Origin: Rufibacter radiotolerans
Lineage (GTDB): Bacteria > Bacteroidota > Bacteroidia > Cytophagales > Hymenobacteraceae
Length of the DNA stretch: 32,000 nucleotides
NCBI RefSeq assembly: GCF_001078055.1
Contig: NZ_CP010777.1
Coordinates: forward strand, 300,408 to 332,407
Direction of reading: 5' to 3'
In this document: positions 16,850-25,817 of the stretch, in pieces
How positions within the stretch are numbered: the first letter of the stretch is position 1
Layout: each line of letters starts with the position of its first letter
The notes under the pieces: generated by a model
Database searches by the model: none
What the model was told of the DNA's origin: nothing
The model's input: the letters and a program-made list of their open reading frames with translations, nothing else
Translations under genes and position numbers: made by a program

Positions 16850-18067
16850 TTAAATGCCCAGTTCTACCTGTATCCTCAGAATCCAGGCGTCTTGGGTGTC
16901 ATTAGTAATGGGCAGGAAATCCTTGGTCTGGTAAGTAAGGTCAGACTGGAGTTTGATGCGGTGCCAGCGCAGGTAATAGTTGGCGGCCAGGGTGTACTGC
17001 TTGGTTTGCTGCACCAGTCGCTCCACTTCTCTAGTAGGCGTGATCACCGAATACCGGCCGGCCAGCTCAAAATGGCTGGGGAACTGGTAACTCAGCTGCC
17101 CATTGTAGCCGTGGCCGGCAAAGACAAAGTCGGTCTCGTTGTCTTCGGTGGGGCCTGAGAAAACGGGGGTGCCAGCCGTGCGCCGGTTATACTCATGGTA
17201 GGTAGCCCAGCCGTTGTACTTGAACACCATGTCTGCTATGAGCGACTGCAGATCAGTAAAGCCCGGGAGCGGACGCCCAATCTGCCCGCCGGCGCGGTAG
17301 GCATTGTCGTTTTCAGAGAAAGAAACGCCTATGGATAGTTTAGGAGAAGGCTCCCGCACCCAGTCGCCTTCAAAATAATCGCCGTCCATGGTGAATTCCC
17401 CGAAGGGAAGGGCCTCCACACGACCGGTGTAGGCCACCCCGGAACCTTTGACTGGGGAAGCGTTCCGGCCGTCGCCGTTAGAGATGGCGGCCTGCAGGTG
17501 AATGGGCATGTTGCCCAGCTGGTTCTGGTAGAAGGCAAACAGGCCAAAATCCCGGTCCAGGGTGAAGGTGGCATTGACAATGGACCGGTCTACAAACTGC
17601 TGCTCCCCGGAAGAGATCACCCGTTGGCGGTTGCCGGGCAGCTTGCTCTGGCCCAGGCCAATCTTAAGGTGGGGGGTGAACTGGTAGAACACTATAGCGT
17701 CCCTGATGATCTGCGGGTCTTCCGAGTTCTCCAAATCCATGTCGCCGGGAGAGAAACCCAGTTGGAGCGAATAGGTAAGTTTCTTGCTGAGCAGGAACCC
17801 AGACGAACGCAGACGCAGGCGCTTGATGTAGCCGCCATGCGAGGCCAAATCCAGGTCTCGGCCGGACTGCGTCTGGAAATCGGTGCGGTTCTGGATTCTG
17901 AACCGGAGGTTGATGCCGGCCGAGGTATCGCGGGCCAGAATCCTGATTCCCTCTTTATCGTCCAGTACCACATCGGCGTAGTTTTGCTGGTGATCCTGAG
18001 AGAAGGCGGGCAGGCTGGTTATCCAGAAACAGAAAATAGAAGTCCAGAAGTAAAGGTGTTTTTTCAT
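16850..18067 (-). CDS. outer-membrane porin (phosphate-selective porin O/P-like)
   Basis: Start at the ATG giving MKKHLYFWTSIFCFWITSLPAFSQ, which is a signal peptide. The body has alternating beta-strand character (LRFRIQNRTDFQ, KIGLGQSKLPGNRQR) and ends in an aromatic-rich terminal strand. The 43 codons upstream in the track ORF are probably not translated. Confidence 0.7.
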   Translation of the reverse strand: MKKHLYFWTSIFCFWITSLPAFSQDHQQNYADVVLDDKEGIRILARDTSAGINLRFRIQNRTDFQTQSGRDLDLASHGGYIKRLRLRSSGFLLSKKLTYSLQLGFSPGDMDLENSEDPQIIRDAIVFYQFTPHLKIGLGQSKLPGNRQRVISSGEQQFVDRSIVNATFTLDRDFGLFAFYQNQLGNMPIHLQAAISNGDGRNASPVKGSGVAYTGRVEALPFGEFTMDGDYFEGDWVREPSPKLSIGVSFSENDNAYRAGGQIGRPLPGFTDLQSLIADMVFKYNGWATYHEYNRRTAGTPVFSGPTEDNETDFVFAGHGYNGQLSYQFPSHFELAGRYSVITPTREVERLVQQTKQYTLAANYYLRWHRIKLQSDLTYQTKDFLPITNDTQDAWILRIQVELGI

Positions 18068-18395
18068 GGTGCGGAACGGGTCATAAATCTTGAATAAAAG
18101 TTGCCATATGCTCCCCTGAAAAGAAGGACGGCAAGGGCACGGGCATAAAGCAATAGCAAGTAAGCCCCCAAAACTGGAAAGAACCTGAAATGCCACTAAC
18201 CTATCCTCAAGAAGTGAGGTCAGGATGGGCTAATTTATTCAGAAAGAAGAGAACAATAGTGTAAATAAGACAAAATGTCGTGGTTTAATGTCTTGGGTTT
18301 TTAATTACAAGACGTAATGGCTGGTTTTGAGGCTTGGTACAGAATTTATAGAAAAGTAATCGTCCAAGAGCGACTCATTCTAACCTAAAAAAATC

Positions 18396-18824
18396 ATGAC
18401 TATTATACACCAACAACCAGTACTGAAGGGCAGAACCCAGACCCTTCCACCAGTATTAAATGGCCTTTTCCAGAGCAACCTGAATAGCCAGGGCCAAGGC
18501 TTTACCCCCGCCGTTGACCTCTGGGAAACCCAGGCCGGGTATGAACTGGAGATCGCCTTGCCGGGCCTGAAGAAAGAAGAGCTAAGCGTAGAGTTTCAGG
18601 AAGGCGTGCTTACTATCAGCGGCAAGCGGGCTTTTGAAAAAGGAGACCAGGAGCGGAAGTACCTGCGGGTAGAGAACCTGTACGGGACGTTTAAACGCTC
18701 TTTCAAGCTACCAGAGCACATTGACGCTGCCGCTATTGAAGCCCAGTTGGAGAACGGGGTGCTGCATGTTTCCGTGCCCAAATTAGAGGAAATGGTAATG
18801 AAGCGCCAGATTGCCGTAAAGTAA
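18396..18824 (+). CDS. Hsp20/alpha-crystallin family small heat-shock protein
   Basis: 142 aa. The alpha-crystallin domain is PAVDLWETQAGYELEIALPGLKKEELSVEF..GVLTISGKR...FKRSFKLPEHID..AQLENGVLHVSVPK. Confidence 0.92.
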   Translation: MTIIHQQPVLKGRTQTLPPVLNGLFQSNLNSQGQGFTPAVDLWETQAGYELEIALPGLKKEELSVEFQEGVLTISGKRAFEKGDQERKYLRVENLYGTFKRSFKLPEHIDAAAIEAQLENGVLHVSVPKLEEMVMKRQIAVK

Positions 18825-18843
18825 CCTGCTTGTTAAAAAAGTT

Positions 18844-18871
18844 AAAAAGGCGCTTGAAATGGCGCCTTTTT
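18844..18871 (+). terminator. Rho-independent terminator
   Basis: aaaaaggcgc and gcgccttttt flank an 8-nt loop. The T-run is 18867-18871. Confidence 0.7.
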
Positions 18872-18994
18872 GGCGTAGTCTTTGTTTACATTAACATACT
18901 AGTTTTACTATTTTAGCGTTTCTTCCGTACCAAATAAGAAGCAGACTTTAAGACAGATAAAACATATTTCTAACTTTTTAGCTTACCTGAGAAT

Positions 18995-20488
18995 ATGAAG
19001 ACAAAACAATTAATGTTTGGTTTGTTGCTTTCCGCTATGGTAGGTGGAGGTGTGGGCGTTGGTAGCTACAAACTACTGGAAGATGATACCCCTGCTGCCG
19101 GGCAACAATTACCCAATACCAATGTGCGGTATACCAGTGCCATGCGCTCGTCTACCGTAACCGTACCAGAAGGAATCAATTTTGTGACCTCCGCTGAACT
19201 GGTAACACCGGCGGTGGTGCACGTGACCACCGAGTACAACGTACAGGCCAGCCGTGGCCAAAGCCAGATCCATCCGTTCCTGCGCGATTTCTTCGGAGAA
19301 GAATTTGAAGGCTACCAGCAGCGTCCGCAGGGCCCGGCCCAGGGATCAGGGTCTGGGGTGATCATTGCCTCTAACGGCTATATTGTCACCAATAACCACG
19401 TGATTGACCGCGCCGATAAGATTCAGGTGATCCTGGATGACAAACGCACCTTTGAGGCCACTTTGGTAGGTACAGACCCTAACACAGACATTGCGCTTCT
19501 AAAAATTGGCGCCGAGAACCTGCCGGCCCTGCGCTACGGCAACTCAGATAATGTGCGCGTAGGCGAGTGGGTGCTGGCGGTGGGTAACCCCTTCAACCTG
19601 AACTCTACCGTGACCGCGGGTATTGTAAGTGCCAAAGGCCGGAACGTAGGTATTCTGCAGGCCGCCGGCAATATGAGCGTGGAGTCCTTTATTCAGACCG
19701 ATGCTGCGGTAAACCCTGGTAACAGCGGGGGCGCCTTGGTGAACCTGAACGGAGACCTGGTGGGTATCAATACCGCCATCGCCTCGCAGACCGGTACCTT
19801 CTCGGGTTATTCCTTTGCCGTGCCGTCCTCTATTGTGAGCAAGGTGGTAGATGACCTCATCAAATATGGCGAGGTACAGCGCGCGCTCCTGGGGGTGCAG
19901 ATGCAGGAGGTAGATTCCCAACTGGCCAAAGAAAAGAACCTGAAAACCCTGAACGGGGTGTACGTGGCCGAGTTCTCTGAAGGCAGCGCCGCCAAGGCCG
20001 CCGGCTTGGAGAAAGGCGACGTGATCACCGAGATTAACGGCGTGAAGATCAATACCGGTGCCCAGTTGCAGGAGCAGGTAACCCGTTACCGCCCCGGCGA
20101 CAAGATCAAGGTAAATTACCTGCGCTCCGGAAGCAACAAAACGGCAACCGTTACCCTGCGTAACTCCAAAGGCAGCACCGAGATTGTGAAGCGCGACCCT
20201 AAAGCCAGCAAATCTATGACCATAGACGGGGCTAAGTTTGAGGCCGCCAGCAAGCAGGATCTGAACAAACTGGATATCCCGGGTGGGGTGCAGATCAATG
20301 GGGTGGAAGGAAGCGCCTTTGCCGAGACCGGCATGCGCGATGGCTTCATTATCACCAGCATTGACAAGAACCCAATGAACACCCCCGAAGACGTTCAAAA
20401 AGTACTAAAAACCACCAGACGTGGCGGACTGTTGATTGAAGGGGTCTACCCAGACGGGCGCCGGGCGTATTACGCCATTGGCCGCTAG
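18995..20488 (+). CDS. htrA: Do/HtrA family serine endopeptidase with two PDZ domains
   Basis: 497 aa with an N-terminal signal/anchor. The catalytic triad contexts are TNNHV (His), DIALLKI (Asp) and GNSGGAL (Ser). Two PDZ-like regions follow. Confidence 0.92.
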   Translation: MKTKQLMFGLLLSAMVGGGVGVGSYKLLEDDTPAAGQQLPNTNVRYTSAMRSSTVTVPEGINFVTSAELVTPAVVHVTTEYNVQASRGQSQIHPFLRDFFGEEFEGYQQRPQGPAQGSGSGVIIASNGYIVTNNHVIDRADKIQVILDDKRTFEATLVGTDPNTDIALLKIGAENLPALRYGNSDNVRVGEWVLAVGNPFNLNSTVTAGIVSAKGRNVGILQAAGNMSVESFIQTDAAVNPGNSGGALVNLNGDLVGINTAIASQTGTFSGYSFAVPSSIVSKVVDDLIKYGEVQRALLGVQMQEVDSQLAKEKNLKTLNGVYVAEFSEGSAAKAAGLEKGDVITEINGVKINTGAQLQEQVTRYRPGDKIKVNYLRSGSNKTATVTLRNSKGSTEIVKRDPKASKSMTIDGAKFEAASKQDLNKLDIPGGVQINGVEGSAFAETGMRDGFIITSIDKNPMNTPEDVQKVLKTTRRGGLLIEGVYPDGRRAYYAIGR

Positions 20489-20525
20489 TTTTTGCCCGAA
20501 ATCAGAAAAACAGGCCAGAAACGGC
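20481..20525. repeat. dispersed palindromic element, copy G (left arm decayed)
   Basis: Sequence gccgctagtttttgcccgaaatcagaaaaacaggccagaaacggc. It overlaps the htrA stop codon (TAG at 20486-20488). Confidence 0.55.
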
Positions 20526-20532
20526 TATAAGG

Positions 20533-20567
20533 AAAGCTCCTGCCATTGGCAGGAGCTTTTTGTTTTT
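20533..20567 (+). terminator. Rho-independent terminator
   Basis: aaagctcctgcc (20533-20544) and ggcaggagcttt (20548-20559) are perfectly complementary. tttgtttttg follows. Confidence 0.8.
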
Positions 20568-20638
20568 GTATCTTACCAGAAAGGCCTATACTAGGGCTTC
20601 TATTCGCATTTACTATTCAGGATTAAAGTACCAACCCT

Positions 20639-22183
20639 ATGTATCATACCATTTCAGATGTATTGTCATCCCTGGGTATACAGGAAACCAACGCCGCCTA
20701 CAGCACCGGTTTAAACTGGGGCACCGGCAACAGCGGCCAGACCCGCGCCATCCATTCACCTACCAACGGCAAACTGATTGCGCAGGTGACCATGGCTTCT
20801 GAGCAAGAGTACGACCAGGTGATTACCACCGCGCAACAGGCGTTTCTGGAGTGGCGCACCTGGCCATCGCCTAAGCGCGGCGAGGTGGTGCGGCAAATTG
20901 GGCAAAAGCTGCGCGAGCACAAGCGGGCTTTAGGCACGCTGGTGAGTTATGAGATGGGCAAGATCATGCAGGAGGGTCTGGGCGAAGTGCAGGAGATGAT
21001 TGACATCTGTGACTTCGCGGTAGGGCTTTCACGGCAACTGCACGGCTACACCATGCACTCAGAGCGGCCCACGCACCGCATGTATGAGCAATACCACCCG
21101 CTGGGGATTGTGGGCGTTATCTCTGCCTTCAATTTTCCGGTGGCCGTATGGAGCTGGAACGCCATGCTGGCCGCCATCTGCGGCGATGTGGTGGTCTGGA
21201 AACCCTCAGAGAAAACCCCGCTTACGGCGGTGGCCTGCCAGCACATCATCCAGGAGGTGCTCAAGCAGAACCATGTGCCCGAAGGCGTCTTCAATATGAT
21301 CATTGGTGATGCTACCATTGGCAGCAGAATGGCCCATGATGAGCGCGTGCCCTTGATCTCTGCCACAGGTTCTACCCGCATGGGCAAGAAGGTAGGAGAG
21401 GCCGTGGGTGCCCGTTTGGGCAAGTCCCTGCTGGAACTGGGCGGTAACAATGCCATTATCCTCACCCAGAACGCCGACCTGGAGATGGCGCTACGGGCCG
21501 TAGTGTTTGGCGCGGTAGGTACAGCCGGACAGCGCTGCACCTCTACCCGCCGCCTGATCATCCATGACAGCATCTATGACGAGGTGAAAGAACGCCTGCT
21601 CAAGATTTACCCTAAACTGCCTATCGGTGATCCGTTGAAAGAGGAAATCCTGGTAGGGCCCCTGATTGACAAAGACGCCGTGTCTGCATTCCTCAAGGCG
21701 CTGGACGAAGTGCAGAAAGAGGGAGGCAAACTACTGACGGGTGGTACCGTGCTGAAGGGCGAGGAATTTGCCACCGGTACTTACGTGACCCCAGCTATTG
21801 TAGAGGCCCAGAACCATTACCACATGGTGCAGGAAGAGACGTTTGCGCCCATTCTGTACCTGATCAAATACAGCGGGGAAGTAGAGGAGGCCATTGCCAT
21901 CCAGAACGGGGTGCGCCAAGGCTTGTCTTCGTCCATCTTCTCCACCAACCTCCTGGAAACCGAGGCTTTCCTGAGCCACTGGGGCTCAGATTGCGGCATT
22001 GCCAATGTGAACATTGGGACCTCCGGGGCCGAGATTGGCGGGGCCTTTGGCGGGGAGAAAGACACCGGCGGCGGACGCGAATCGGGGTCAGATGCGTGGC
22101 GTTTCTATATGCGCCGGCAAACCAACACCATCAACTTCGGGCGGGAGTTGCCGCTGGCCCAGGGCATCCGGTTTGAGTTTTAG
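20639..22183 (+). CDS. aldehyde dehydrogenase, ALDH7 (aminoadipate-semialdehyde / piperideine-6-carboxylate dehydrogenase)-like
   Basis: 514 aa. The ALDH7-like block is ICDFAVGLSRQLHGYTMHSERP...ISAFNFPVAVWSWN. The catalytic Glu is in ELGGNNA and the catalytic Cys is in GTAGQRCTSTRR. Confidence 0.85.
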   Translation: MYHTISDVLSSLGIQETNAAYSTGLNWGTGNSGQTRAIHSPTNGKLIAQVTMASEQEYDQVITTAQQAFLEWRTWPSPKRGEVVRQIGQKLREHKRALGTLVSYEMGKIMQEGLGEVQEMIDICDFAVGLSRQLHGYTMHSERPTHRMYEQYHPLGIVGVISAFNFPVAVWSWNAMLAAICGDVVVWKPSEKTPLTAVACQHIIQEVLKQNHVPEGVFNMIIGDATIGSRMAHDERVPLISATGSTRMGKKVGEAVGARLGKSLLELGGNNAIILTQNADLEMALRAVVFGAVGTAGQRCTSTRRLIIHDSIYDEVKERLLKIYPKLPIGDPLKEEILVGPLIDKDAVSAFLKALDEVQKEGGKLLTGGTVLKGEEFATGTYVTPAIVEAQNHYHMVQEETFAPILYLIKYSGEVEEAIAIQNGVRQGLSSSIFSTNLLETEAFLSHWGSDCGIANVNIGTSGAEIGGAFGGEKDTGGGRESGSDAWRFYMRRQTNTINFGRELPLAQGIRFEF

Positions 22184-22298
22184 GGGGAGCCGGGCATGGT
22201 CTTCGGTATCCTGAAATCCGTAAACATATGGACAAGGTCTTTGTTGTTTAAAGGAGAGTAAGTTCTTTGAGTACCCATTATTTCAAAACACCCAACCC

Positions 22299-22784
22299 AT
22301 GGATTCTTCCATTAAACAAGCGCAAAAGCAAGGCGAACGCTACGCCGTAAAAGCCACCCTGGTAACGGAGCTGGGCCTGGCCCTGCTTTTCTTTACCCTG
22401 TTGTTGCTGGTCACCCACTCGGTCCAGGCTTTCTGGGATATCATCACCTACCTGGGGGCCGTGAACGTGGCGGTATTTATGGCGGCCAGCCTGCTGTTTG
22501 CCTATCTGGTGGGTAGAAATGCTGGCGTGAAGATCTTGGTGAAGAAAAAGCGCTATGCCTGGGTGGGCTTGGTGTCAGGATTGAAGGTGGTGTTTTTCTC
22601 TACCCTGGTGTGCGTGGCGACGACGCTGCTGGTACAGGCGGCCATGGGTCCCTTGGAGCTGGGCTGGCTGGTGCATTTCATCATGAAACCCTTTGCCTGG
22701 CTTGCGCTTTTGTGTCTGGTACCGGTAGCCCTGGCCGGAATCTGGTACGGGTACACGCTGCGTAAGAGCACAGAACGCCCATAG
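22299..22784 (+). CDS. hypothetical integral membrane protein
   Basis: 161 aa with four hydrophobic spans. There is no terminator between it and the ALDH gene, so they are probably co-transcribed. Confidence 0.6.
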   Translation: MDSSIKQAQKQGERYAVKATLVTELGLALLFFTLLLLVTHSVQAFWDIITYLGAVNVAVFMAASLLFAYLVGRNAGVKILVKKKRYAWVGLVSGLKVVFFSTLVCVATTLLVQAAMGPLELGWLVHFIMKPFAWLALLCLVPVALAGIWYGYTLRKSTERP

Positions 22785-22823
22785 ATAACCTCTTTGTCTG
22801 AAAAGCAACTGAATACATAAACG

Positions 22824-22857
22824 AAGCCTCCCGGTCTGCATGGCCGGGAGGCTTTTT
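22824..22857 (+). terminator. Rho-independent terminator
   Basis: Stem gcctcccgg (22826-22834) pairs with ccgggaggc (22844-22852). ttttt follows. Confidence 0.75.
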
Positions 22858-22899
22858 GCGTTTTGAGGGCGTTTTACCAAAAACAGGCCTGAAACGGGA
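22858..22899. repeat. dispersed palindromic element, copy H (left arm decayed)
   Basis: Sequence gcgttttgagggcgttttaccaaaaacaggcctgaaacggga. It directly abuts the preceding canonical terminator. Confidence 0.55.
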
Positions 22900-22971
22900 A
22901 GGCGTGTCCTGCGTTAATTTCCGAAAGCCCGTTCTTCTTCTTACCTTATCTGCTGCACCAGCCTTTACGCC

Positions 22972-23472
22972 ATGTCTGCCCACGCCCGCCTTGCCGCCTT
23001 CCGGAAGCTTATTACCAACCCCCTCAAGTTCCGGCTGTTTTTGTTCAAGAACCTGCCCATGGCTTACCTGGCGGGCATACGGGTGAAAAGCCTCACGGAG
23101 CAGGAGGCGCAGGTGGCCATCTCGTACGGCTACCTGACCAAGAACCCGTTTAGGTCCATCTACTTCGCCTGCCTGTCTATGGCCGCCGAGATGGCCTCTG
23201 GCGTATTGTCCATGATGTACCTGTACCAGGCCAACCCGTCTGTATCTATGCTGGTGGTAAGCCTGGAGGCAGATTTCAGCAAGAAGGCCGTGGGTACCGT
23301 CACGTTCACCTGCCAGAACGGCGATGCCATTGCCGCCGCCGTGCGGGAAACCCAGGCAACCGGGCAGCCCACCAGTGTGCAGGCCCTGAGCGTAGGCCAC
23401 AATGCGCAGGGCGAGGAAGTGGCCCGCTTCCGGGTGACCTGGTCATACAAGGCCAGAACCTCTAAAGCCTAG
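22972..23472 (+). CDS. DUF4442-like hotdog-fold (thioesterase-like) protein
   Basis: 166 aa. I recall the pattern FRLFLFKNLPMAYLAGIRV...NPFRSIYFACLSMAAEMASG as typical of DUF4442 proteins. The assignment is from memory only. Confidence 0.6.
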   Translation: MSAHARLAAFRKLITNPLKFRLFLFKNLPMAYLAGIRVKSLTEQEAQVAISYGYLTKNPFRSIYFACLSMAAEMASGVLSMMYLYQANPSVSMLVVSLEADFSKKAVGTVTFTCQNGDAIAAAVRETQATGQPTSVQALSVGHNAQGEEVARFRVTWSYKARTSKA

Positions 23473-24413
23473 CTCTTGCGGCTGGTCTTCTTCAGGAACT
23501 GCTTCACTTCCTTCTGGAACTGCGCGTTCTGCTCCAGGTAGATCACGTGCCCGCCCGGCATGGAGACTACCCTCTGGTTCGGGAATTTGAAGCTTTTGAA
23601 GTGGTTGGGCCCAATGGAGAAATCCTGCTGGCCGGCAATCACCAGCACCGGCATTTTCAGGTGCCGGGAGACCTCCGTGAAATCCTGGAAGTACTCCGGA
23701 TAGGAAGACCAGGACTGCCCGAAGCTGTAATTTGGGGGCCGCTTGGCGTCTTCCTGGTTCATTTTATCTAAGCCCTCGGCCGTGGTGTACATGAGCTGGT
23801 GGTAGGCGTTCTTCTCGTTCAGGGCAGTGATAATGGCCATGAACCGGTCAAAAATGGGGCGGCTGGTATCCAGGAAAGGCGAGGGATCAGCGGGCTTTAG
23901 AATCTCCAGGCCTTTGTCTATCTGCACCTGCGCCGAGGCCTTCAGGTTCAATGTGGCGCTCAGCAACACCATGCGGGAAATAGTCTTGGGGAAATAATAG
24001 GCGTACTCCGTGGCCAGAATTCCGCCGAAGGAGTGGGCCAGTACGGTCCAGGAAGGGAACCCCAACTGTTGCCGCACCTCGTCAAAATCAAGGACGGTGC
24101 GTCTGAGGCTGTAATCGCCGGATGGGGATTTGCCTGATCGGCCCGAGCCCCGCTGGTCTACGTAAACCATCTGGAGAGAGTCTTCCAAAGTGTTGAGGCC
24201 CAGCACTTCAAAGGAATGGCTCCAGGCACCTGGTCCGCCATGGATGAAAAGGCAGGGTTTGCCCTTGCCAGCCACCTTCACATATAACTCGGTTCCATCA
24301 CTCATGGTCAGGCGCAACTCGCGCGGGGCAGTTGGGGCAGAGGTTACCTGGGCCTGGGCAATACCCCCGCAAACAGCCAGCAGCAGGAGCAGAAAAAGGG
24401 AGCGGATCTTCAT
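23469..24413 (-). CDS. alpha/beta hydrolase, proline iminopeptidase-like (S33)
   Basis: Start at the ATG giving MKIRSLFLLLLLAVCGGIAQAQ, which is a signal peptide. Motifs are HGGPG, VDQRGSGRS and the nucleophile elbow AHSFGG. The 82 codons upstream in the track ORF are not supported. Confidence 0.8.
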   Translation of the reverse strand: MKIRSLFLLLLLAVCGGIAQAQVTSAPTAPRELRLTMSDGTELYVKVAGKGKPCLFIHGGPGAWSHSFEVLGLNTLEDSLQMVYVDQRGSGRSGKSPSGDYSLRRTVLDFDEVRQQLGFPSWTVLAHSFGGILATEYAYYFPKTISRMVLLSATLNLKASAQVQIDKGLEILKPADPSPFLDTSRPIFDRFMAIITALNEKNAYHQLMYTTAEGLDKMNQEDAKRPPNYSFGQSWSSYPEYFQDFTEVSRHLKMPVLVIAGQQDFSIGPNHFKSFKFPNQRVVSMPGGHVIYLEQNAQFQKEVKQFLKKTSRKS

Positions 24414-24639
24414 GGCTTCTAAATTTTGTTCGAAATTGGTAAAAATCTTGAAAAAACAAAGAAAATAACGGTTCAACGGAAATTTTAGAGAACTGGTGCA
24501 ACCCTTGCCTTTTCGGCTTGTCTTTAGAGTAGAAATTAGGGAACAAGCGAGTGGGTCTGCAGACTCAAAAGGGGGTTGGTGTTGTTCCAGGGGTTGCTGT
24601 AAGTGAAGTGCATCATGATGAGGCTTAAAAAGTAACAAT

Positions 24640-25200
24640 TTGGAGACGCTGGAATACACTGACGTAAACGCGCAGGTGGTAGCCCGATGTAAGGAGGGTG
24701 ACCGAAAGGCGCAGTATGAGCTCTATAAGCTCTACAGTAAATCTATGTTCAACGTGAGCATGCGCATCACCAATGATTACACAGAGGCCGAGGACGTCTT
24801 GCAGGAAGCATTTCTGAGCGCGTTCCGGGAACTGAACTCCTTCAAAGGCGATGCCACCTTCGGCAGTTGGCTTAAGCGCATTGTCATTAACAAGGCCATC
24901 ACCAAAGTGCGCAGCCGGCGCCTGCAGGTAGTGCCCATAGAGGAGCACCAGGATTTCGCGGAGGAGGCCCCTGACTATGACCAGGAGGAAATGGACTACA
25001 AGGTGGACTGCATCAAGAAAGCCATTCAAGCCTTGCCAGACGGTTACCGGGTGGTGCTCACGCTGTACCTGCTGGAAGGCTATGACCACGGCGAGATAGC
25101 CGAAGTGCTGGGCATTAGTGAGGCCACCTCCAAATCACAGTACAGCCGGGCCCGCAAGAAGTTGCTGACCCTCATGAAAGAAGAAACGTTTCTTGCCTGA
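24640..25200 (+). CDS. ECF-type RNA polymerase sigma-70 factor
   Basis: 186 aa. Region 2 is EDVLQEAFLSAFRELNSFKGDATFGSWLKRIVINKA. The region 4 HTH is YRVVLTLYLLEGYDHGEIAEVLGISEATSKSQYSRARKKL. The start is TTG, so its position is somewhat uncertain. Confidence 0.88.
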   Translation: METLEYTDVNAQVVARCKEGDRKAQYELYKLYSKSMFNVSMRITNDYTEAEDVLQEAFLSAFRELNSFKGDATFGSWLKRIVINKAITKVRSRRLQVVPIEEHQDFAEEAPDYDQEEMDYKVDCIKKAIQALPDGYRVVLTLYLLEGYDHGEIAEVLGISEATSKSQYSRARKKLLTLMKEETFLA

Positions 25201-25247
25201 TTTCTAAAAAACGAACCTAAAACAGAAAGCCAAAAGCTTTAAAAGCC

Positions 25248-25817
25248 ATGAGTGACAAACTAAAAGACTTTGTACAGGCCCATAGAGAGGAATTCGACTC
25301 CTTTACCCCCCGCCCAGACCTGTGGCAGGACATAGCCGCTGAGCTTCCGGCAGGGCAGACCGCCCCGCAAGAGGCGTCTGCGCCCGAAGCCAAGGTCTTC
25401 TCCCTGAACTGGAACACCGCCTGGCGCTATGCCGCCGCCGTGGCCCTGCTGGTGACAGTGGGGTTGGCGCTGCGCTACCTGAGCGTGAACAACGCACAGA
25501 CATCGGCGCCCCTGGCTACCAATGGACAGCCCGTAACGCTGGAGAAGATAGCCCCTGAGCTGCGCCAGATGGAGACCCGGTACGTGCAGGTAATTGAGAA
25601 AAAGGAGTCTAAGCTCAAGGCCATGGGCGCCGAGGTGCAGTTTGCCGAACTGGACTCCGCTTACAATGAACTCAAGAAAGAGCTTTACACCACCCCCAAC
25701 AAAGAAGTGCTGCTGCAGGCCATGGGCGATAACCTTAAAATGAGGATTGCGCTGCTCAACCAACAGCTGGAGGTAGTGGAAAATAAAAACAGTGATAAAA
25801 AATTGCGTGCGCTATGA
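25248..25817 (+). CDS. putative anti-sigma factor (single-pass membrane protein)
   Basis: 189 aa, immediately downstream of the ECF sigma gene. It has one TM span (WRYAAAVALLVTVGLALRYL) and a coiled-coil-like C-terminus. The call rests on position and architecture. Confidence 0.6.
   Translation: MSDKLKDFVQAHREEFDSFTPRPDLWQDIAAELPAGQTAPQEASAPEAKVFSLNWNTAWRYAAAVALLVTVGLALRYLSVNNAQTSAPLATNGQPVTLEKIAPELRQMETRYVQVIEKKESKLKAMGAEVQFAELDSAYNELKKELYTTPNKEVLLQAMGDNLKMRIALLNQQLEVVENKNSDKKLRAL

Noticed and set aside
17537-17549. Half-site-like matches to the repeat inside coding sequence: aaacaggccaaaa in the porin gene (17537-17549) and gaacaggccca in the methyltransferase gene (2551-2561).
   Set aside because: They are single short arms with no inverted partner. 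The match length is short enough to be chance in a genome of this composition. I could not compute significance by hand.
18197-18395. Heat-shock regulatory element (CIRCE/HAIR-type or RNA thermometer) upstream of hsp20.
   Set aside because: No match to TTAGCACTC-N9-GAGTGCTAA was found. Only a weak 6-bp inverted repeat (gtcttg...caagac at about 18291-18313) is present, so the evidence is insufficient.
24414-24639. ECF-type autoregulatory promoter upstream of the sigma factor gene (gggaac at about 24538).
   Set aside because: A GGAAC-like -35 is present, but no CGT-type -10 lies at 16-17 nt spacing. I cannot call it from sequence alone.
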